Shown: piece after piece, positions 1 through 7,948 of the stretch
Numbering within the stretch: the stretch's first letter is position 1
How the letters are laid out: the number at the start of each line of letters is the position of its first letter
Assembly (NCBI GenBank): GCA_963822445.1
Contig: CAWGHO010000003.1
Coordinates: 608,001 to 672,000 of the forward strand
Origin: an uncultured Acidobacteriota bacterium
GTDB lineage: Bacteria; Acidobacteriota; Thermoanaerobaculia; Gp7-AA8
Length of the DNA: 64,000 bases
Direction of reading: 5' to 3'
Notes under the pieces: generated by a model
What the model was told of the DNA's origin: nothing
Databases searched by the model: none
What the model saw: only the letters and a program-made list of their open reading frames with translations
Made by a program: the position numbers and the translations under genes

Positions 1-1107
1 ACGTAATCGCGCACGAGGTCCTTGCCGAGGTTGTAGTTGATGACGTAGCTGCGGTACTGCTCGATGAACTTCACCCGCTGCCGCGCTCGGGCCGGGGCCA
101 TCAGCGCGTAATTCGTCAGCCATTCCGCGGCCTGCTCCGCGTCGATGGCGCCATCGAGATAACGGCGCGCGGCCTCGTTGCCCGCGTATCCCGTCCGGGA
201 AACGAGCTCGTAGACGCGGTAGTAATGCTCGGCGCGCGACGGATCGAGTCCGGCGATCGGAAAGAGCGTCCGCGCCTCCATCTCCACGCGCTCGTTCGCC
301 GGGAACGCGACCTCGATCCCGTAATTCGCACTTCCCTCGGCGATTAGCGACTGCGCGGAAAACAGCGCGTACACCGAGAACTCCACCCAGCCGCGATCGC
401 GGACCAGTGATTTTCTCGAGGAGCGAGTTGTAGACGTGATGGCCGGGATAGCCCTCGTGGCAGGCCAGGTCGATCGCGCGGTCGATGAAGATCGGCAAAT
501 CGGTGTTCACCTGAATCAGGCTGTTGAAATTGCCCTGATACCAGTTGTAGCCGCTCCAGGACTTGTTGTTCACGTACTCGACGGTGAACCTCTCGCCCGG
601 CGGGAGCGCCATCTGCTGCATCGTCTTCTCGCGGCAGACGTCGATGGCCGCGCTGAACACGGCGTCGAGCTTCTCGCGCGGAATGGCGAACTGCATGCGG
701 AACGCTTCCACGCGATCGATCAGCGCGCCGTCGCCCGGCAGCTCCCGCGCAATCTGCTCGTTCAACTCGCGGAAGTAATCCTCGGAAAGCGTCGGCGCGA
801 CCGCGTCGTACAAGCGCCTGCGATTCTTCGTCGAACGTGAAGCGGCGGCCCTGCAGCATTTCCGCTCGGGCGATCAGCGCGTCGGTCTGGCGGCGGAGAT
901 AGTCGAGCCGCAGCGACGGCATCGGCGATGCGATCGAGCTCGCGAGCGGAGCTCGACCGCATCAGCGTGAATCTGCGGGAGTGTGGGCTTCGCGGCGCGA
1001 ACCTCCTCGCGCCATTGCGGCGGGCCGTAGTAGGAGTCGACGTAATCGGCGTCGTGCTCGCCCATGGCCAGCACGAGTTTCACGTAGCGTTCAGCGGCGG
1101 CGTTCAT
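1..1107 (-). pseudogene. DUF885-like/M2-like metallo-protein, frameshifted, 3' end runs off the window
   Basis: A continuous protein can be stitched across frames (MNAAAERYVKLVL...LDYLRRQ...YDAVAP...DLACHEGYPGHHVYN...SLIAEGSANYG...YRSYVINYNLG). Frameshifts at about 945/925, 812 and 411, which may be sequencing errors. Confidence 0.7.
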
Positions 1108-1121
1108 CGCGCCGCATCGTA

Positions 1122-2555
1122 TTACTTCGTGACTTTGATCGTCTTGCCCTCGATGGTGATCTTCGTGCCGGTCATCTCCGCGACCTTCATCAGGGCTTCA
1201 TCCCAGGGCATCTGCGTGACATGGATCGAGACCTTTGCGTCGATGCCAGGTGCGACCTCGATCTCGAGGCCGGTGATCTCGCCGAAGGTCTGCATCAGTT
1301 CGCGGAAATCGGCTTCCTTGAGGTTCAGATCGATCTTGTCGCCGGAGAAGGGGATGTTCTGCGGCTCACGCTTGTAAACGTCCTTCTGCACGACCTGCCC
1401 GTTGCGGGTGACGGTGAGAATCGCCTCCACGGGAGCGTTCTCCTTCTTTCGGATCTGAATCTCGACAACGTCGCCGTTCTCTTCGACGTTGCTGATCGTG
1501 GCCCACATGCCGTTCATGACGGTGAGGCGCGAGTGACGCGTCTTCCGCGTGGCGAGCTCGATGACGTCAATCTCGAACCGCACCTGATTGGAAAACGGCT
1601 GATACGTGTATTCGAGCTTGTACAGCTCCTCATTCTTCGGCGGCGTGGCCGCGATAGCCGTTGCGGAGATGATGACGATCGCCGCCATGGCCACCACGGC
1701 GCGGTGCGACCAGGCCCGCTTCCTCAGTGATTCGTAGCGCATGAGATGCTCCATCCTTTCCTTCACGTTTGCTCCGGCCATGCACGACACGCCTGCGGTG
1801 CGCGGCGCGATCAGGGCCCGGCAGACTTTGGTCAATGCCTCGAGGTAGGACTCCACGTGCCCCATCGACTCGGAGACGCGCTCGTCGCAGGCCTGTTCGC
1901 GGGCACCGTCAATCTGGCGGAGGGCCAGCCAGACCAGCGGATGAAACCAGAGCAGTGCCGCGGCGAGCGCCATGAAGCTCGCGGTAAGGTTGTCGCGTCG
2001 CACGACGTGCGCGACTTCGTGCAGCAGCAGCGCGCGCAGCTCGTCGTCGGTCAGATCGTCGCAGCCACGCGCGGGAAGGAGCACGACGGGGCGCACGATG
2101 CGCAGGACCGCCGGCGCTTCGCAGATTGGCGAGCGGAGGATGTCGATCGCGCTGGTCACGCCGAGGCGCCGCTTTGCGTCGCCGAGGGCGTCGAGCTCGC
2201 GTTGCGAGGGTGGGGCGGGGGAGCGCAGCGCGGCCGCGACAGTTCGTGAACGAAGGAGCAGCCAGCGCGCGAAGACGATCGTGGCGATAGCCGCCCAGCC
2301 GATCAGCAACCAGTTCGTTGCCGGCGCCGCGGGAGGAGGGGCAACGTTCGCGGTGCCGTCGAAAACGCGCAGCGGCATCGGCGCCATCCGGATCACCTTC
2401 AGCCCGAACGTGTCGAGAAGCGCCGTCGGAATCGCGAACTTGGCCACGCAGCAGACCAGGACCGCGTGCCGCGTGCGTGCGGTGATCGGCAGAAGCCAGG
2501 CGGCGAGCATTCCCAGGCCGAGGATGGCTGTCGAGACGATGAGGTGCTCGATCAT
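1122..2555 (-). CDS. BlaR1/MecR1-type M56 metallopeptidase with C-terminal STN/secretin-N-like domain
   Basis: N-terminal TM helices, HEVAH zinc motif, REQACD motif. C-terminal 'FSGDKIDLNLKEADFRELM...PWDEAL' resembles STN/PilQ N-domain. Confidence 0.9.
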   Translation of the reverse strand: MIEHLIVSTAILGLGMLAAWLLPITARTRHAVLVCCVAKFAIPTALLDTFGLKVIRMAPMPLRVFDGTANVAPPPAAPATNWLLIGWAAIATIVFARWLLLRSRTVAAALRSPAPPSQRELDALGDAKRRLGVTSAIDILRSPICEAPAVLRIVRPVVLLPARGCDDLTDDELRALLLHEVAHVVRRDNLTASFMALAAALLWFHPLVWLALRQIDGAREQACDERVSESMGHVESYLEALTKVCRALIAPRTAGVSCMAGANVKERMEHLMRYESLRKRAWSHRAVVAMAAIVIISATAIAATPPKNEELYKLEYTYQPFSNQVRFEIDVIELATRKTRHSRLTVMNGMWATISNVEENGDVVEIQIRKKENAPVEAILTVTRNGQVVQKDVYKREPQNIPFSGDKIDLNLKEADFRELMQTFGEITGLEIEVAPGIDAKVSIHVTQMPWDEALMKVAEMTGTKITIEGKTIKVTK

Positions 2556-2929
2556 TTGCGTGCTCCTTTTTTCTTGCGGGCGCGCTCGTTCTCCTCGAGC
2601 GCCTTCAGATCCTCGAGCGTGAGCTTGCCGCTCTCCAGAAGGTGAGCGACGACGGGCTGCGCGGTACCGCCGAACAACGCCAGGAAATCCTCCACCACCC
2701 GGCGGTACGCGGACTTTTTGGTGACCGCCGGCGCGAACATGAGCGCGTTGCCGATCTTCCGCGTCCGCTTCACGGCCCCCTTCTGCTCGAGCCGCTGCAC
2801 GATGGTCTGGACGGTGGTGTAGGCCGGACGTTTTTTCTCGGAGAGCGCCTCGCGAAGCTCGCGGACCGAAGCTTCTTCGAGGCGCCAGAGGACGTCCATG
2901 ATCTCCAGTTCGAAGCGTGTCAGATTCAT
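2552..2929 (-). CDS. BlaI/MecI/CopY family transcriptional repressor
   Basis: MNLTRFELEIMDVLW...AYTTVQTIVQRLEQKG winged helix. ATGA overlap with the M56 gene. Start placed at 2929. Confidence 0.93.
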   Translation of the reverse strand: MNLTRFELEIMDVLWRLEEASVRELREALSEKKRPAYTTVQTIVQRLEQKGAVKRTRKIGNALMFAPAVTKKSAYRRVVEDFLALFGGTAQPVVAHLLESGKLTLEDLKALEENERARKKKGARK

Positions 2930-2945
2930 ACTATGTGTGTGGTTG

Positions 2946-2974
2946 ATGCTACGACACGCGTAGTAGGTTGTCAA
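2946..2974 (-). promoter_or_regulatory. sigma70 promoter of the blaI-blaR1-like operon with overlapping putative BlaI operator
   Basis: Minus strand TTGACA-17 bp-TAGCAT. Imperfect palindrome CTAC-N-GTAG (CTACTACGCGTGTCGTAG) covers the spacer and -10. Confidence 0.8.
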
Positions 2975-2984
2975 GGGGGTGTGG

Positions 2985-3053
2985 CGGGGTTCCGGGGTTA
3001 CGGGGTTCAACCAGAGAGACCCCGAAACCACGTAACCCCGTAACCCCGGAACC
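2985..3053. repeat. inverted octamer tandem arrays (CGGGGTTA)n ... (TAACCCCG)n
   Basis: cggggttc cggggtta cggggttc, short spacer, then accccgaa accacgta accccgta accccgga acc. Confidence 0.85.
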
Positions 3054-3087
3054 GAACGCGCCTCCCCAGAGCCGTGTTCTACCTGCC

Positions 3088-3561
3088 ATGAGCGATGTCC
3101 TGAAAGTCCTCCTTGCAGCGATGGATGAGGCCTACGAGAAGAACGGCTGGCACGGCACGACGCTGCGCAACGCCGTCCGCGGTCTGGATGACGAGGTCGT
3201 GTACTGGCGTCCCGCGCCGGGCCGGCACAACGTCTGGGAGCTGACCGTGCACGCCGCCTACTGGAAATATGTAGCCCGCCGCCGCCTCCTCGGCGGCATC
3301 AAGCGAGGCTCCTTTCCGCTGAAGGGCAGCAACTGGATCGGCTCGCCGGACGACGCGGATCTGCCGACGTGGCAGGAGGCGGTGGCGCTGCTCGAGGAGC
3401 AGCATCGCGCCTTGCGCGAAGTCGTGGCGTCACTCGATGCGAAGGCGCTCGCCGATCGCAAGAAAGTGCGGCTCGTTTACGGAGTCACCGCGCACGACCT
3501 CTATCACACGGGCCAGATTCAGCTGGTGAAGAAGCTGTTCGATGGTCAAAGCGGTTCGTAG
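3088..3561 (+). CDS. DinB family protein
   Basis: WHGTTLRNAV...RHNVWELTVHAAYW...HDLYHTGQI with typical DinB His ligands. Confidence 0.9.
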   Translation: MSDVLKVLLAAMDEAYEKNGWHGTTLRNAVRGLDDEVVYWRPAPGRHNVWELTVHAAYWKYVARRRLLGGIKRGSFPLKGSNWIGSPDDADLPTWQEAVALLEEQHRALREVVASLDAKALADRKKVRLVYGVTAHDLYHTGQIQLVKKLFDGQSGS

Positions 3562-4355
3562 CCGAGCCGCGCGAGCAATTCCCAATCGATGGAGTCGGTG
3601 ATGATCTGCCGATGCCTTTCGGGCAGCCGCGCCAGATACCGGCGCTCGGTGTAATAGCTGACGTCGAACGTCCTCAGCTCCACGTCGACCGGCGAGTAGT
3701 CCCAGTGCGCGGGCATCACACACCCGCGCGGCACGACCTGCACGTCCGTGGGCGGCAAGGCGAAGCGAGACTCGAGCTCGCGCAGGATGCGCAGCGGATT
3801 CACGACCAGGTCCTCGTGGCGCACGACCGCCCGCGGCGTCAACGCCAGCCAGGCCGCGTAGCGCTCATTGAACGAGTGACACGCGTCCGCGATGTCGTCG
3901 ATGCAGTGCGGGAGCAGCGTTCCGTCGCGATCGGACCAGCGGCGGTGAATGCGGGTCATGCTGACGATCCAGGCATACGGGTCCTTGATCGAGATCAGGA
4001 ATCCCAGCGATCCCCACGCATACGCATCCGCCACGGTGCGGGCGATGTGTCCGATGTACGGCAACTGCCGGTCATCGAGCTGCGTGGTCGTCGCCGAAGG
4101 CGCGGCGAAGGTTGCCTCTTTCACGAACTCGATCGCCGACTGGGACCGGTTCCAGATCAAGGCCAGGTCGAGTGGAAGGGAATGCTTGTCGCCGAGGATG
4201 TGCATCAGCACGCGGGTGGCGGGATGGTTCGTCATCAGCAGCGCGCGCAGCAGGTTCGTCCCGGTGCGCATCTGCCCGTACTGCTTGAAGACGACCGGCG
4301 GAGAGAACGGCGGGACCGCGGTGCTGTCCGCGGTCCCTTCCACGAGCTCCGTCAT
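3546..4355 (-). CDS. sulfotransferase-like protein
   Basis: PAPS-binding-like 'YGQMRTGTNLL', 'LGDKH', 'IKDPYAW', 'VRHEDLV'. ATG at 4355 overlaps the upstream stop (ATGA). Confidence 0.7.
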   Translation of the reverse strand: MTELVEGTADSTAVPPFSPPVVFKQYGQMRTGTNLLRALLMTNHPATRVLMHILGDKHSLPLDLALIWNRSQSAIEFVKEATFAAPSATTTQLDDRQLPYIGHIARTVADAYAWGSLGFLISIKDPYAWIVSMTRIHRRWSDRDGTLLPHCIDDIADACHSFNERYAAWLALTPRAVVRHEDLVVNPLRILRELESRFALPPTDVQVVPRGCVMPAHWDYSPVDVELRTFDVSYYTERRYLARLPERHRQIITDSIDWELLARLGYEPL

Positions 4356-5899
4356 TGTTTCTTCTTCACGGGTCCGGTCAGCGTCGTCGTCGGCGGACTC
4401 TGTGCGCGCGAGAAGAGAAACGAGTAATCCGACGCGTACGTCCCGGTCGACCCCGTGGCGGCGGTGCGCCGGACGCGGATCGCATTCGATGTGCCGACCG
4501 TCGCGATCGGCGCGCCGGAATGGCAATCGAGACAGGTCGCGGTCGACTGGAAGTACGTCTCCAGGGTCGTGTTCGCGACTTTTTCCTGCGACGGCGACGG
4601 CTGGGGATCGCCCTGGGTCAGCGGCGTTTGCGCGCCCGGAGGAATCATGGTGTTGTTGTTCGGCCAGAGCACGTTGACGAGCTGGTAGTTGAGGTAGACC
4701 GAATTCGGGTTCGACTTCGCGATCTGCCCCCAGACGTAGTAGTTCAGACCGGCGATGTTGTTGACCGCCGCGTTCGTGTCGATCGGGTTCTCGCGCACCA
4801 CCTGCACCGGTGCGTTGTACGGATCGCAAGTTCCCGAGCCGGTGCAGGGGGTTGGCTGGGCGTTCGCCACGCACTTGTAATGATCGGTGCTCGGGTTGCA
4901 GCCGGCGTTGTAGTACGTGTACCAGTCGAGAAGCGTGTTGTTGGCGATGTCGGCGGTGCTCGGCGCGTTGTTCACGTGCTCGAAGGTCGCCCAGATGAAC
5001 TGCTGGCCGTTCGGCGTCTTGTGGATGATGTGCAGGCCGACCAGTCCGACCGTGACGTACTGCGGCGAGTTCGGCGCCCACGGATACGTGACGTAAGCCT
5101 TCGAGGTCTTGTAGTACGGCCAGAGGGTCGAGTCATCGAGCTCGATCCAGGCCGCCTTGACCTCGATCGCTCCGACCGAACCGTACGACGTTTTGCCGCT
5201 CGGCAGACTGATGCCCGGGTTCTGCACGAAGGTCTGCTGGGTTTTGGCGTTGTACAGGCCGTTGATGTTGATGTAGTTGTATTCGTCCTGATTCAGCCGG
5301 ATCTCGTACATCGTGATGAAGCCGTTCTGCGCGGTCAGCCACGAATCGGTGAAAGCCTCGGTGAACTCGGAAAGATCGAGCTGCGCCGCGCCGCTGTCGA
5401 ACTTCGTCATCATCCCCAGCGACTTGGTGCGTGTGCTCTTCGTCTGCCCGGTGCCCTGACCCCACGCAATCGGTTTCAACGCATTCGCGCGAAAGACGTC
5501 GGATGGATCCATGTACGTCTCCCAGACCTTCGGCGTGGTGTCGTTCGGAGTGCCGAACTGCGACGCTGGGGTCGACGTATTCGGCTGCCCCGCGGTCGTG
5601 GTCGAGGCGGTCCAGTTCAGGGCGATGAACTCCTGCCAGGCGAAGCAGTTCATGTCCGCCTGATCGTTGCTCGCCGCGTCGAAAGGCAGTGTGTAGTTGA
5701 CCTTCGGAGGACTGAGACAACTGCTCGTGTCCGCGGGGACGACCGGCGGCGGATTCTGCGCCGGCGCCGCGAAGACCGTGCCGGTGCTCTTCTTCGTGGC
5801 CTTTTTCGCGGCGGGCTTGTCTCCGCCCGCCGGCCCTGCCGCGATCACGAATGCCGCGGCGATCATCAACAGCGGCGCGAGGAACGCCCGCGGTCTCAT
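4352..5899 (-). CDS. secreted c-type cytochrome-like protein (single CxxCH)
   Basis: Sec signal peptide. Motifs 'FAWQEFIALNW', 'VGLVGLHIIHKT', 'WATFEH', 'ANTTLETYFQ..TCLDCH', 'SDYSFL'. Confidence 0.75.
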   Translation of the reverse strand: MRPRAFLAPLLMIAAAFVIAAGPAGGDKPAAKKATKKSTGTVFAAPAQNPPPVVPADTSSCLSPPKVNYTLPFDAASNDQADMNCFAWQEFIALNWTASTTTAGQPNTSTPASQFGTPNDTTPKVWETYMDPSDVFRANALKPIAWGQGTGQTKSTRTKSLGMMTKFDSGAAQLDLSEFTEAFTDSWLTAQNGFITMYEIRLNQDEYNYININGLYNAKTQQTFVQNPGISLPSGKTSYGSVGAIEVKAAWIELDDSTLWPYYKTSKAYVTYPWAPNSPQYVTVGLVGLHIIHKTPNGQQFIWATFEHVNNAPSTADIANNTLLDWYTYYNAGCNPSTDHYKCVANAQPTPCTGSGTCDPYNAPVQVVRENPIDTNAAVNNIAGLNYYVWGQIAKSNPNSVYLNYQLVNVLWPNNNTMIPPGAQTPLTQGDPQPSPSQEKVANTTLETYFQSTATCLDCHSGAPIATVGTSNAIRVRRTAATGSTGTYASDYSFLFSRAQSPPTTTLTGPVKKKQ

Positions 5900-7791
5900 T
5901 CGGAAGCTCCGGTGAGTCCGGTGATTCCGCTGGCGCCGACGATATTGAGGAAGGCCGGTGCGGGCTGAATGGCTGAGGGGTTGTCACCGCGCTGCACGAT
6001 GATCACGCTCTGCAGTCCGGTCGGAGCGGTCGCTCCGACGTTCACGAAGAGATTCAGCAGTGTCGACGCGCTCGGGTACGAATTGCCGGGGACGGCGTAG
6101 AAGATGCCGGTCATGCCCAGGACGGTGGCGTTGACGCCGTTGGCCTGGAAGTAGACGTCGGGAAGACCGGTCGCGCCTTCGTTGCCGAGGGCCGCGGTCA
6201 GGGCCATGTGGCCGGACGCGCCCTGGGCGATGATCGGCGGAATGATGCTGGAGTTACTGGCCAGGTTCATCGTGAAGCCGGCCGGATTCGGTACGTTCGT
6301 GTCGTAGTACGCGTTCCACAGATCCTGATAGACGATCTGCAGCGGCTGCGAGACCGGTCCGGTTGCGCCGGTGACGCACGGATAAACCGGTGCGGTCGCG
6401 CCGGTGACGCCGGACGGCCCGTAGAACGTCGCGCCCTGATATCCGGGAGGGAACGCCCGCGCGAACAGACCGATGTTGAACTGCTCGGCGATCTGCGAGG
6501 CCCACTGAATCGGATAGAAGTTGCCGTCCGGTCCCTGCACCTGGATGTCGCCGACGGTGAACGAGACACCGGCCGCGATCCACGCCGCGGGAATCTGAAA
6601 TGCGACATGGAGAATGAAGTTGCCGGGATAGGGTTTCCCGGTCATCTCGTCGATGAGCGTTTCCTTGCCGCGGATGATCTGCCAGCAATCTTTCGCGGAC
6701 GCGCCGGCCGGCAGGTTCGGGTCTTTCGGCAAGCGGAAGTTCGCCTGGAACACCGAGTCGGTCGGCTGCTGGATGTAGAGGCCGGGAGGATCGGCGAGCG
6801 AGACCACGAGGTTGCCGGTCGCGAGTCCGACCACCTGGTTGACCGACTGCCCGATGTGCGGATCGCTGTGGCGGAAGTTCTGGCCGTACTGGCTGCAGCA
6901 GATGAGCGCCTGCGGATCGGAGTTCCCCATCTGCCGCTGCACCGTTGCCGCGCCGGCCAGACCGAGCTCGGTCTGCAACGTGTTCGGCGTGCTGGTCAGA
7001 TGCATGGCGCCGCCGGTGTCGCTCCCCGCGCCGGCCCACACGCGTTCCGACACCGGTCCGCTGTTCCAGCGGTTCAGCGGGTTGTACGCCGGTTTGCCTG
7101 TCGATGGATCGATGACCGGCTTACCGGTGGTGGGGTCGTAAAGCGTCAGATCGTCGACCGTCACGAGGATCGCCGGCGCGCTCGGCGGCAGTCCGGCGTT
7201 CAGCGTGTCGGTGTAGACCTGCGCCGCGGTTTCCGGATTGACGCGCCACAGCGTCTGCCAGTACTCGGGGTTCTCGCAGCAGAAGTCGACGCGGACGATC
7301 TTGTTGTCGCTCGACCGGCGCGTGACCGACCACTCGCAGTACTCGTCCAGCCAGCCGCGGGGACCGTATGGACCATAAGGCTGCAACGTTCCCTTCCAGT
7401 TCGGCTCGGGACAGCGCGTGGCCGGGATCTGCGGAAACGTTCCGTTGTTGTACGCCCCGGTGTCGGCCATCTGCCAGAGGGTCTGGAAGCCGAAGTTGTA
7501 CGGGTTCGGCGGCTGCTGCCCGGGGCCGTAGTAGACGTTGAGGCGGTTTGGGAACGCGTTCCAGGTGACCGCCTTGACGATGGCGTCGGTGGGCATGTTC
7601 GTGTCGAGCGGGTTGTAGTACCAGAGCTGGTTGGACTCGAACTGCATGTTCCATGGATCGCCGGTGATGCACTGCCGCGTGAACGCGTCGACGTTCGTGC
7701 TCCACAGGCTCTGCATCAGCTGCCAGAGCGTTGGATTGTTGGGGAAGTCGTTCTGCCGCGCCGGGGTCGAAAACTGCTTCAACATGGGCAT
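5896..7791 (-). CDS. conserved hypothetical protein (DEYCEW...CENPEYW family)
   Basis: Long ORF with GPRGWLDEYCEWSV, FCCENPEYW, YNPLNRWN, MHLTSTPNTL, RHSDPHIG. AGGAGG RBS 7 nt before ATG 7791. Confidence 0.8.
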   Translation of the reverse strand: MPMLKQFSTPARQNDFPNNPTLWQLMQSLWSTNVDAFTRQCITGDPWNMQFESNQLWYYNPLDTNMPTDAIVKAVTWNAFPNRLNVYYGPGQQPPNPYNFGFQTLWQMADTGAYNNGTFPQIPATRCPEPNWKGTLQPYGPYGPRGWLDEYCEWSVTRRSSDNKIVRVDFCCENPEYWQTLWRVNPETAAQVYTDTLNAGLPPSAPAILVTVDDLTLYDPTTGKPVIDPSTGKPAYNPLNRWNSGPVSERVWAGAGSDTGGAMHLTSTPNTLQTELGLAGAATVQRQMGNSDPQALICCSQYGQNFRHSDPHIGQSVNQVVGLATGNLVVSLADPPGLYIQQPTDSVFQANFRLPKDPNLPAGASAKDCWQIIRGKETLIDEMTGKPYPGNFILHVAFQIPAAWIAAGVSFTVGDIQVQGPDGNFYPIQWASQIAEQFNIGLFARAFPPGYQGATFYGPSGVTGATAPVYPCVTGATGPVSQPLQIVYQDLWNAYYDTNVPNPAGFTMNLASNSSIIPPIIAQGASGHMALTAALGNEGATGLPDVYFQANGVNATVLGMTGIFYAVPGNSYPSASTLLNLFVNVGATAPTGLQSVIIVQRGDNPSAIQPAPAFLNIVGASGITGLTGASE

Positions 7792-7816
7792 GAAGTGTCC
7801 TCCTGCTCTCAATCTC

Positions 7817-7846
7817 AGGAGTGTTGCGGTGAGAAATATCCCTACC
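7817..7846 (-). promoter_or_regulatory. shared upstream motif, copy 1
   Basis: GGTAGGGATATTTCTC-N6-ACACTCCT, near-identical to 11557-11587. Confidence 0.65.
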
Positions 7847-7948
7847 TATCCGTCATGAAATAGAGACGTAGGTACTACCTGACCGCCAGAAAAGGTCGAG
7901 CACCGAGGGCTGGAGCGTGGCGTCGTATTCGGTGTGGCCGGGTCATGA

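Noticed and set aside
1-1107. Programmed frameshifting in the first gene
   Set aside because: Several scattered indels close to the window start fit sequencing/assembly error or decay better.
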